Below, one piece after another: positions 1 through 7,826 of a stretch of 24,000 bases of DNA. Below the pieces are notes generated by a model. The model was not told the origin of the DNA. It ran no database searches and saw nothing but the letters and a program-made list of their open reading frames with translations. This DNA comes from Blastocatellia bacterium (GTDB taxonomy: Bacteria; Acidobacteriota; Blastocatellia; UBA7656). Positions within the stretch are counted from its first letter, which is position 1, and each line of letters opens with the position of its first letter. The stretch lies in assembly GCA_049273835.1 (NCBI GenBank), contig JBASRM010000354.1, forward strand, positions 26,022 through 50,021. Reading direction: 5' to 3'. Made by a program: the position numbers and the translations under genes.

Positions 1-2277
1 GTTCAGCTTCGCGTCTATCTGAATGCCCGCTGCTTTATAGAGGCGAGCGTTGCCTACTGCTTTTCCATCGTCATTAACGCATGGATCCGCGTAAGGCGCG
101 CCCGGTTGGGCTCCGAGCGGGTTGTCGAGAGTCTTTCTTGGCAGCCCGTTGGTGATGAATTTGATATCCGAGCCTAGTTGGGCCGGATCGATTGCCTGAT
201 CGCAAATGCCGTTAGGAAGGCATGTGGGGTGGAAGCGGATGCCGTGGTATTTCATGGCTCCCTTCTCCACCGGCGTCCCAGCTTCCGGGCGCGCTTCAGC
301 AATGGCGAGCGTGATCACCTTGTTGAAGTCGAGCCGGTTGTGAACTTCCTCGAATTTTCCGTCGAGGATCACGTGCCGGGGCAGCCCGCCATCATCTACA
401 GTGTCCAGCGGCGGATGTGGAGGACGATGTCCCGCTACGGCTGGAACAAAGAATGGGTACCCGGGGTTGCCTGGAAGCGGGCCGAAGGGCCCCTGCTCCA
501 GTTGCACCTGTCCGTTAACTATCGACACCTTGACTTCGGGGAGCGGAGCCATGGGCATCGTCGGGACCGGAACCAACGCCGGGATCGGCGTTCCCGCCAA
601 AATCTCGGCGTCGGGCAAAGCGCGCGAACCTTCCGCGGGGATCCCCTTCTCATTGAGCACAGTTCCCGACTCGAATACGTCGTGACTGCGCCACAGCTCC
701 CACATGCCCATCGCAAAGTGCGGATAGAAGTGGCAGTGGAAGATCGAATCGCCTACAACCTTGTTCCGATTGCCGGTGCCGTTGTAGGTGATCTCTAAGG
801 TGAATGCGGCGCCCGGCCCGATCGCTTGACTGTCCAGATACGCGGAGTCGTCGCTATCGGGCGTGTGCACCCACTGATGCGCGTGCAGGTGATGGATGTG
901 ATGCTCCTTGGACCCGCCGTGCAGTATGCGCATCTTCACGTGATCGTTTATGTAGCTGTGATGCACGTTGGATGGATCATCCGGATAGAACGCCTTGGTG
1001 GCCTTGAGAGCTGGGTTCGGCCCGCAACCCATGTTCGCCTTGCGGATGTCCTCGACCGTGCAAGGAGCGTTAGCCGGGCTATCTACCACCATGGCCGGGT
1101 CGCCGAGCGCCCATGACGTGAGGAAGAACTCCTCATACTTGCACTCGGTGCAGTTTGCCACAGGGCCTACGCCGAGTCGATTAGCCAGAATCTCGGCGCC
1201 GATTCCGCCGGTGCCGTAGTTGATCGCAAAAGCATCTCTCACGCTGTGAAGCGTGAACTTGAGAGGGTTCTCATTGGGAGCAGGCTTGCTTTCAAACTGC
1301 GGGAAAGCTTGAACCGCCCCAATCTCGTCGTGGTAGATGATCGTGAATTCGCGGAACGGACGATTGCGATTCGGATTCACTGGAGTGTCTTTGTAAGCTC
1401 CGACGAAGTCCTTGGCGCCCGATCCGGTTATGATTGCGTTGAGGTCGGTATGAACGATCACGGGCCCGTTCAACCCTTCCTGGGTCATCTTCAAAATTGG
1501 AAGCCCGGCTCGCGGGTGTTCCTTGGGATAGACGGCATCGTAGTCCACTACTGGGTGGCCGTCAGGCGTCTTGGCTTTGGTGGCCAGATCCAAATCGTTC
1601 GCCGTCACCTGGCTGCGATACCATTCGGCCCCCTTCGGCTGGACGTTCACGGCGCCGAAAAGTCCGGCATTGAGTTGTCCGCCATCGCCTTCACCGCCCG
1701 TTGTCGAACCCTGGCTGTACAGCATGTAGCCGCCTTCACGCTCTGCATAGAACGTGTAGGTGGCGCTGCCGCCCGGACTGACCAGGCTGCTCGCGTTTTT
1801 GCCCACGTTCGAACCGTCATCAGCGATGCTGTTTACCAGCTGCAGTCCATTCGCCCGGATTGAAGCCACGCGAGTGACTGTCTGCTCCTGATCGACCGGA
1901 ACCGGGTTCAAAAGGTTTTTGAAAGTGATTCGCAGACAATCGCCCAGGTTCATGCGAAGCACGATCGGCCGCGGGCGTTTGTCCTCTCTGAGTTTGACGT
2001 TGCCCGCGCCGATTGGGTTAAGCGGGTTGGCTGCAACTACATCTCGCTCGAGAGCGAAGATCATCCCTTGCGGCTGAACCGCACCGAGACGATTCCAGAA
2101 GAACACTTGATCCAGAGCAACGACGTTGGCAGTAACCGTACGCTGGCAACCAGGAGCGGCTACACCCGCGCCTGGGCCGTCGGCCGATTGCGCCCTAGCT
2201 AGATCAGGAATGGCGAGAAATGCCAGAGCGGCCAGGCCGCCCAGCACAAACCGCAACAAGCGATTTTTCTTACTCAT
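1..2277 (-). CDS. Secreted multicopper-oxidase family protein, N-terminal 759 codons (C-terminus lies beyond the window start)
   Basis: It is absent from the ORF track because it has no in-window stop. Hand translation of the minus strand from ATG 2277 is uninterrupted down to base 1, and a GGAGGAAGG RBS lies just upstream. The N-terminus MSKKNRLLRFVLGGLAALAFLAIPDLARAQSA looks like a Sec signal peptide. Copper-site motifs HHIHHLHAHQW (HxxHxH) and FHCHFYPHFAMGMW (HCHxxxHxxxxM) are present. The plus-strand ORFs 178-798 and 1246-1863 are antisense artefacts of this gene. Confidence 0.8.
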   Translation of the reverse strand, partial: MSKKNRLLRFVLGGLAALAFLAIPDLARAQSADGPGAGVAAPGCQRTVTANVVALDQVFFWNRLGAVQPQGMIFALERDVVAANPLNPIGAGNVKLREDKRPRPIVLRMNLGDCLRITFKNLLNPVPVDQEQTVTRVASIRANGLQLVNSIADDGSNVGKNASSLVSPGGSATYTFYAEREGGYMLYSQGSTTGGEGDGGQLNAGLFGAVNVQPKGAEWYRSQVTANDLDLATKAKTPDGHPVVDYDAVYPKEHPRAGLPILKMTQEGLNGPVIVHTDLNAIITGSGAKDFVGAYKDTPVNPNRNRPFREFTIIYHDEIGAVQAFPQFESKPAPNENPLKFTLHSVRDAFAINYGTGGIGAEILANRLGVGPVANCTECKYEEFFLTSWALGDPAMVVDSPANAPCTVEDIRKANMGCGPNPALKATKAFYPDDPSNVHHSYINDHVKMRILHGGSKEHHIHHLHAHQWVHTPDSDDSAYLDSQAIGPGAAFTLEITYNGTGNRNKVVGDSIFHCHFYPHFAMGMWELWRSHDVFESGTVLNEKGIPAEGSRALPDAEILAGTPIPALVPVPTMPMAPLPEVKVSIVNGQVQLEQGPFGPLPGNPGYPFFVPAVAGHRPPHPPLDTVDDGGLPRHVILDGKFEEVHNRLDFNKVITLAIAEARPEAGTPVEKGAMKYHGIRFHPTCLPNGICDQAIDPAQLGSDIKFITNGLPRKTLDNPLGAQPGAPYADPCVNDDGKAVGNARLYKAAGIQIDAKLN

Positions 2278-2532
2278 AATCCTTCCTCCTTTGGAAAAGG
2301 ACAAACCTTTCCTGTGCACCCAGGGCCATGAGCGCTCGAAATTCAACTTACTATTTTGTTTGACTGCGCTGGAGCCGTCGGTGAGCCTTTATTCGGTTCC
2401 ATCTATGCAATTCGACCGGCTGGATCTTGCCAAACTCAGGTTAGTCTCACACCGTCGTCCACTGCAGGACGCTCCAGATTGTTTGCCGTCTCAGGACGTG
2501 GGCGATATTACACTGGCGTCTACCGCTTTGTC

Positions 2533-2548
2533 TGTGATGGGCGTCACG
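2533..2548. promoter_or_regulatory. Candidate CRP/FNR-superfamily operator, TGTGATGGGCGTCACG
   Basis: It matches 9 of 10 positions of TGTGA-N6-TCACA. The GC-rich spacer resembles the two sites at 16441 and 17170. It lies in the 350-bp intergenic region about 263 bp upstream of the oxidase start codon. Confidence 0.3.
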
Positions 2549-2628
2549 TTTTCTGGAAAGCTCTACAGCATAAGGGTGCCTCAAACGAATGTCTGTTCAA
2601 TATTGTACAATTCTGAAATATTAGCCGT

Positions 2629-3708
2629 TTAAGATGGCCGGAGGGGACCGGCGCCAGACTTGGACGAGTGATTGAACAGAAAACTGCGGACTAGCCCGAT
2701 GAACGCTAACAGCCACGCCGCGAGAGCGACATAAATGAAGAGGCGCGGAATGAGGAGCAAGTACTCGACGTTGATCGCTTTCGACAACTGGATAGTGCAG
2801 ACGGTGTACATTCCCAAAGGGAAGACCATTCCCCAGTATTGCGGGTCATAAACGAGGGGAAAGCGCTTGTAAATGTGCCGCCAGATTCCGAGTATGAAGA
2901 GCAACGGTATCCACCAGGTGCCGGCCGCCCAGAAGAACAACGTGAAGCCTTTGAGAAACGGCAAAATCTCTATGAGGAACCCCCAATCGGGCGCGGCCAG
3001 GATTAGCCTTGCGCCGGCAAGCGTTGTGATTGCGACCGCGCCCATGTTTATCCAATAAGCCGGCGTGAGATTCTCAGTCGTAAGGTTGATGAACGTAAAG
3101 CGGTAGAAAATGAGTGCGATAAGTAACAGATAAAGCAGACAACCGAGGAGAAACATGCAGAGGGTGAAGAACAGCAACGGCTCCCCGTATGTTCCGGCGT
3201 GGCTCGCCAGCAGTGTGCCCAAAACAGATATTGATTGTGTAGCCACCGCTGCAAGCAGCCAGGAGCCGTTGAGACCGGTCTCCAAAGAAGGTTTGTTTTC
3301 CCTCACGGTGACGCTCGCGAAGAATGTGTACATCACCAGCGCCCAGACCAAAAGCCCGAGCAGCCAGAGAACGCGGGCCGCTGCGTACTGCCCGGCGACG
3401 ATTACCAACTGGCTGCCGAGCACGCAGGTGCCTGCGACAACCGTGAAAAATCCGGGCCCGCGGATGTGATCGGTGACATCAGCCTTAACCCGCGAAAAGA
3501 AACCTACGAGGCGGATCAACAGCAACAACGAGAGAACGAGGTACGCAACAGCGTTGAGGGCCAGCAGAATCCACGCCATCGTCCGCATCTCCAACATGTG
3601 GGCGGCGATGGAGATGATCCCGGTTGCCATTACGAGGGCGAAGTACCCCGGGAAAAGGTTAGCCGCGGCGCTCGCAAGTCTACCGCCTTCCGTTTTGGTT
3701 TCTTTCAC
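2629..3708 (-). CDS. Tellurite-resistance/dicarboxylate transporter (TDT; TehA/Mae1/SLAC1-like) family anion channel or transporter
   Basis: The 359-aa polytopic membrane protein has about 10 hydrophobic segments. The N-terminal NLFPGYFALVMATGIIS motif and overall layout are typical of the TehA family. The start is GTG at 3708. Confidence 0.75.
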   Translation of the reverse strand: MKETKTEGGRLASAAANLFPGYFALVMATGIISIAAHMLEMRTMAWILLALNAVAYLVLSLLLLIRLVGFFSRVKADVTDHIRGPGFFTVVAGTCVLGSQLVIVAGQYAAARVLWLLGLLVWALVMYTFFASVTVRENKPSLETGLNGSWLLAAVATQSISVLGTLLASHAGTYGEPLLFFTLCMFLLGCLLYLLLIALIFYRFTFINLTTENLTPAYWINMGAVAITTLAGARLILAAPDWGFLIEILPFLKGFTLFFWAAGTWWIPLLFILGIWRHIYKRFPLVYDPQYWGMVFPLGMYTVCTIQLSKAINVEYLLLIPRLFIYVALAAWLLAFIGLVRSFLFNHSSKSGAGPLRPS

Positions 3709-3759
3709 AGTTCAGCCGAGTTGTCGCAAATTTGTCGGGCGTACCTTTCCTCTGAGGGG

Positions 3760-3987
3760 CTAGCGCGAAAGTCTGCTGGGTGATTGCACTTCGTCACTCT
3801 TTTCCTGGTCACAGTGCTTGCAGTTGAGCTCGATGCCGAGACGCGAGGCGCGCCCCTTTTCTGTAAGTACCCATGTGCGAGTGACGAGGGGCGGGTTGTG
3901 TCGCACGTGTTGATAGTGGCCGCACTCGAGCGCCGCTCGCCAGTCTCCGTGCTCATCTCTTTCGTAGCCGGCTATCTTTCGTTTCAT
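3760..3987 (-). CDS. DUF3565-like small zinc-binding protein
   Basis: I chose the internal ATG at 3987 (MKRKIAGYERDEHGDWRAALECGHYQHVRHNPP...LNCKHCDQ). It has a GAGGG RBS and overlaps the upstream stop as ATGA. The DEHGDW..LxCGHxQHVRHxPP...CxxC pattern matches my recollection of DUF3565. Confidence 0.6.
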   Translation of the reverse strand: MKRKIAGYERDEHGDWRAALECGHYQHVRHNPPLVTRTWVLTEKGRASRLGIELNCKHCDQEKSDEVQSPSRLSR

Positions 3988-4280
3988 CGGCTGCCCTCGC
4001 GAATGTAGCCTGTACTCGTGAACCGGCGCGACGCAGGCCGCCACCAAAGGATGATTGAGAGTGCCACTATCCAACAGACCCCCGATGCGATGACCAGAGG
4101 CAGCAGTTTCTGGTAGCTGCTTGCCAACGCCGCCTCAACTGTTGCGGCGAGAATCCAAAGCTGCGCGACGTTGAGCATCACAAGCAGGATCAGGCGCGCC
4201 TGGTCGACAGCCGCACGCCCGCGGCTGGTGCGGCGCCGCCCGGCCTGTGACTCTTGCCTGGAAGAGACCGTTTGAGCCAT
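3984..4280 (-). CDS. Small two-TM membrane protein of unknown function (98 aa)
   Basis: This is the distal part of track ORF 3984-4586. The proximal part overlaps the Rieske gene out of frame and is discarded. From ATG 4280 it reads MAQTVSSRQESQAGRRRTSRGR, a basic N-terminus, followed by two hydrophobic helices (LILLVMLNVAQLWILAATV and LLPLVIASGVCWIVALSIILWW). Its stop overlaps the next start (ATGA). An alternative start exists at 4334. Confidence 0.5.
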   Translation of the reverse strand: MAQTVSSRQESQAGRRRTSRGRAAVDQARLILLVMLNVAQLWILAATVEAALASSYQKLLPLVIASGVCWIVALSIILWWRPASRRFTSTGYIREGSR

Positions 4281-4317
4281 GCGCGCCCCCCGCCGCGCAT
4301 GCGCGCCCTCGCCGGCA

Positions 4318-4908
4318 TTAAACGGACTGTTCATTACCGCCTGCCTTTCTTCCGACCGCCCACACTTCGCCCCCCTCGCGCACCTCCAGGATGATCTGAT
4401 CAAGGGGGCGAGGCGGGGGCCCGTAGAGGACATTCCCCGTCCGCAACTCGAAGCCGCCTTCATGACAGGGACATTCAAGGCGCTGACGCATCGACTCGAA
4501 ATAAACCGGACACGCCAGGTGGGTGCATTTCTGGCCGTAAGCGTAGTACTCACCATCCAGGGACCGCACGAGTATGGCCGTGTCATCTTTGTAGGGGTAG
4601 CGGAAGTTCAAAGATGAGCCAGGCTCGACACTCTGTGCGCCTTCAATTCTCATTGGCTCGTGACTCGTATCCGCACGCGCGTCGAGCGCAGCTTTGCCTG
4701 CTATTCCTGCAGCACTCACAAACAGCGTGGTCGAGGTAAGCGCCAGGAAGTTGCAGAACTCGCGTCGCGTGACCTGCGCCTCTTCGCTGCGCTGGTAAGG
4801 GAAATCTTGTTGATGCGGCGCAATGGCACGGCGCACGTCTCTCTCGTCGGAGAGGCCGCTCTGCGGCGTGACGTTGACATGCGTCCCGTCAGGCTCCTTA
4901 GAATTCAT
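4318..4908 (-). CDS. Rieske [2Fe-2S] protein with an internal twin-arginine/TM anchor-like segment
   Basis: Rieske motifs CTHLACPV and CPCHEGGF are present. A TRREFCNFLALTSTTLFVSAAGIAG segment about 45 aa from the N-terminus resembles a Tat motif plus anchor. The start overlaps the upstream stop by 11 nt. Confidence 0.9.
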   Translation of the reverse strand: MNSKEPDGTHVNVTPQSGLSDERDVRRAIAPHQQDFPYQRSEEAQVTRREFCNFLALTSTTLFVSAAGIAGKAALDARADTSHEPMRIEGAQSVEPGSSLNFRYPYKDDTAILVRSLDGEYYAYGQKCTHLACPVYFESMRQRLECPCHEGGFELRTGNVLYGPPPRPLDQIILEVREGGEVWAVGRKAGGNEQSV

Positions 4909-5551
4909 TGCTCTTGTCTGATTCCTCCACTTGCATATCGATCCACGATTCGCTGGTCTGTTGCTGTTGTGGGCTCAGCCCGAGCTTCCCTTCAAAGACA
5001 CCGCAGCCATCAACAACGACTTCGTCCGAATCGGTGGGTAGCATCAAATAAACCTTCGTCTCGACTTGCTGGTTTCCGAATACATGCACGTTGACGGGCT
5101 GGGTGCGCCGCATCGGGACTATTTGTTCGTAGCGCCCGAACGAGATGGCGCCTGTCGGGCACACCGAAGCGCACATCGGCTTTAGGCCCTCGCTCGTGCG
5201 GTCGTAGCACATGTCGCACTTCATCTGAAGGTGCATCGCGGAGTTGTACTTCGGCACTCCGAAGGGACAAGCATTGATACAGTTGCGACAGTCCAGGCAG
5301 CGCGGCTTAAGGGCCGACAGCACGATGCCCTCCTCTGAGACCTTTATCGCGTCGGCTGGGCACACAAGCGCACAAGTCGGCTCGACACAGTGCATGCAGA
5401 GCGTAGGCATTGTGGACGTGGTTTCGCTGCGGTCGAGATAGTCGACGAAGATCATCGAGTAGCCTTTGTGAGTCCCGCACTCCCGGCAAGCCGCTACGCA
5501 GGCTCGACACCCTATGCAGCGCTGCGGGTCAATGAACATCGTCTCTTCCAT
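4898..5551 (-). CDS. 4Fe-4S multi-cluster ferredoxin subunit (DmsB/NrfC/HybA-like electron-transfer subunit)
   Basis: Four Cys groups are visible: CIGCRACVAAC, CMHCVEPTCALVCP, CLDCRNCINACP and CDMC...CASVCP. A GAGGGTGAG RBS precedes the ATG. Confidence 0.9.
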   Translation of the reverse strand: MEETMFIDPQRCIGCRACVAACRECGTHKGYSMIFVDYLDRSETTSTMPTLCMHCVEPTCALVCPADAIKVSEEGIVLSALKPRCLDCRNCINACPFGVPKYNSAMHLQMKCDMCYDRTSEGLKPMCASVCPTGAISFGRYEQIVPMRRTQPVNVHVFGNQQVETKVYLMLPTDSDEVVVDGCGVFEGKLGLSPQQQQTSESWIDMQVEESDKSNEF

Positions 5552-5565
5552 CTCACCCTCTCACG

Positions 5566-7806
5566 TTACTCGCTGTCGCTCAGGCGGGTCACCGCGCTGC
5601 GCTCCGCTCCGAGCCGGCTCTTTCCGTACAGAGGCAACTCGCGAGTATGAATCTTCTCGATGCGGGCGGCGCAAGCCTTGAACTCCGGTATTTTGGAAGT
5701 AGGATCAAGCGCGGGATTCGTCAATTGATTCGCTGCCTGTTCTTCTCCCCAATGATAAGGGATGAAGATGGTGTCTGGCCGGATCGTCCTGACGATAAGG
5801 GCCGGGAACACTCCCTCGCCTCGGCGCGAAATGACTTTGACGTCCTCGCCGTCGGCTATGCGAAGTCGCGCCGCTGTCTCGGGGTGAATCTCAACGTAAG
5901 GCTCCGGACATTGCTGGACGAGAAAGCCTATGCGCCGCGTCTGATTGCCGGAAAGATACTGGTAGACCACTCGTCCACTCGTGAGTATCAAAGGGAATTC
6001 TGCGTCTGGAACTTCGGCAGGTGGAGCGAACTCGATGGCGTGAAACTTCGCCTTGCCATCAGGGTGGTAAAACCGCTTCTCGAAAAGTCTCGGAGTGCCC
6101 GGATGATCCTCCGATGGGCAAGGCCAGAAGACGCCGTTCTGCCGCTCGATTTTCTCATAGGTAATACCATAGTAATCGGCGTTCCCGCCTTTTGAGGCGA
6201 CACGCAGTTCGTTGAAGATTTCCAGCGGACTGTTGAACTGAAAATACTTCCCGCGTCCAAACCGCCGCGCGATCTCCTGCACGATCCACCAGTCCTGGCG
6301 AGCCTCGCCCGGCGGATCACATGCCTTATTGATCTTAACGACTCGGCCTTCGCTGCTCGCGGTCACACCCTCGTCTTCAGCCCAGGTTGAGCCGGGCAAG
6401 ACCACATCCGCATAGCGCGAGCCTTCGGACATGAAAAAATCAATGCAAACGTAAAACTCCAGTCCCTCAAGCGAGCGCCGAACCTGGTTCGTGTCCGGGA
6501 GGCTCACCATCACGTTGTTGCAGATCGAAAGCAGGCCGCGAATCTCGCCCTCGCGCATCTTCTGGAACATCTCGACCACCGATACGCCCGCCTGCGGTAG
6601 TTCCTCTTCGGGCAAGTCCCAAACGCCGCACACATATTTGCGGTGTTCGGGATTCAGGATAGATCGTTGGCCCGGAAGCTGATCCGCCTTCTGACCGTGC
6701 TCACGCCCGCCCTGCCCATTTCCCTGACCGGTGATCGTCCCGTAACCGCAGCCAGGCGCGCCAATCTTTCCACTCGCAAGCACCAGATTGATGTAGGAGA
6801 GCACGTTGTTGACACCGTTCGTGTGATGCTCGATGCCGCGCGCATGCATGACCATACTGGTCCTGGCACGACCGTATAGAAGGGCGGCCTGCACGATCTT
6901 TTCAGGAGGCACACCGGTAATCTCGGAGGCAACCTGCGGTGTGTAGCGCAACGCGACCTCTCGCGTCTCTTCCCAACCATTCGTGCGCCCGGCAATGAAG
7001 GTCTTGTCCGTCAGACCTTCGTGAATCATGACGTGCAGCATCGCATTTGCGAGCGCGACATCTGTGCCGGGCCTTAGTTGCAGGTGCAGGTCGCCCTGTC
7101 TGGCTGTCGCCGTCTCGCGCGGGTCAACAATGATCCAGCGCCCGCCGTTGTCGCGTTGCTCCCAGAGGAACTTGTTCAACACCGGGAACGTCTCCGCGCA
7201 GTTGGCGCCGGCAATCAGCAACACTTCTGCAAGCGGTATGTCGGTCCATGGGTTTGCGGAGCGGTCAATGCCGAAGGCTTTGTTGTTGCCGGCTGCCGCA
7301 CTCACCATGCAGAGCCGCCCGTTGTAGTCAACATAGCGAGTGCCCAGACCCGCGCGCGCGAACTTACCCATCAGGTATGTCTTCTCGGTGGTGAGCGACG
7401 AACCGGAGTAGACCCCAACAGAGTCCTTGCCGTATTTCGTCTGAAGCTCCTTGAATTTCGCCACAACCAGATCAAGCGCTTCATCCCAAGTCGCGCGCTC
7501 GAACATGCCGTTGCGCTTGATTAATGGATACAAGAGTCGGTCCGGGTGGTGCACCTGAAGGTAAGCTGTGACGCCCTTGGGACACAGCCGGCCCTCGTTC
7601 ACAGGAAAGTCGTAGCGAGGCTCGAACCCGACAACATGGTTCTGCTCGACCAGAAGATTTATGCCACACTGCACCCCACAATAAGGGCAGTGCGTGGGCA
7701 CCAACCTGTCAATGACCCGGTCGGCACGCCAGCCATCATAAGGGGCATCGTGCAAATGCGGGCCAAACTTTTCTGTGATTTTCCTTAAGTTCCCGATTTT
7801 CCCCAT
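5566..7806 (-). CDS. Molybdopterin (bis-MGD) oxidoreductase catalytic subunit, assimilatory/periplasmic nitrate-reductase-like (Nas/NarB/Nap clade), no signal peptide
   Basis: The N-terminal 4Fe-4S motif is CPYCGVQCG...CPKG. NGRLCMVSAAAGNNKAFG resembles the Cys-Mo ligand segment of Nas/Nap enzymes rather than the Fdh CH(U/C) segment. There is no RR Tat motif. The track start is TTG at 7812, but ATG at 7806 seems more likely. Confidence 0.9.
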   Translation of the reverse strand: MGKIGNLRKITEKFGPHLHDAPYDGWRADRVIDRLVPTHCPYCGVQCGINLLVEQNHVVGFEPRYDFPVNEGRLCPKGVTAYLQVHHPDRLLYPLIKRNGMFERATWDEALDLVVAKFKELQTKYGKDSVGVYSGSSLTTEKTYLMGKFARAGLGTRYVDYNGRLCMVSAAAGNNKAFGIDRSANPWTDIPLAEVLLIAGANCAETFPVLNKFLWEQRDNGGRWIIVDPRETATARQGDLHLQLRPGTDVALANAMLHVMIHEGLTDKTFIAGRTNGWEETREVALRYTPQVASEITGVPPEKIVQAALLYGRARTSMVMHARGIEHHTNGVNNVLSYINLVLASGKIGAPGCGYGTITGQGNGQGGREHGQKADQLPGQRSILNPEHRKYVCGVWDLPEEELPQAGVSVVEMFQKMREGEIRGLLSICNNVMVSLPDTNQVRRSLEGLEFYVCIDFFMSEGSRYADVVLPGSTWAEDEGVTASSEGRVVKINKACDPPGEARQDWWIVQEIARRFGRGKYFQFNSPLEIFNELRVASKGGNADYYGITYEKIERQNGVFWPCPSEDHPGTPRLFEKRFYHPDGKAKFHAIEFAPPAEVPDAEFPLILTSGRVVYQYLSGNQTRRIGFLVQQCPEPYVEIHPETAARLRIADGEDVKVISRRGEGVFPALIVRTIRPDTIFIPYHWGEEQAANQLTNPALDPTSKIPEFKACAARIEKIHTRELPLYGKSRLGAERSAVTRLSDSE

Positions 7807-7826
7807 GAACAATTCTCTGAGTGAGT

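Noticed and set aside
178-1863. Long plus-strand track ORFs 178-798 and 1246-1863, plus the shorter ORFs between them
   Set aside because: They lie antisense to an uninterrupted 759-codon minus-strand frame with clear signal-peptide and copper-site motifs. Their products are Arg/Ser/Gly-rich with no recognisable domains and no RBS.
2566-2581. Sigma-54-like AGGCACCCTTATGCTG (minus strand) upstream of the multicopper-oxidase gene
   Set aside because: The GG to GC spacing is one base short of the canonical -24/-12 spacing, and the site lies about 290 nt from the start codon.
4281-4586. N-terminal 102 codons of track ORF 3984-4586
   Set aside because: This part overlaps the Rieske gene in another frame and is Arg/Ser/Cys-rich. 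Only the distal 98 codons look real, because they have two clean TM helices and an ATGA coupling to the next gene.
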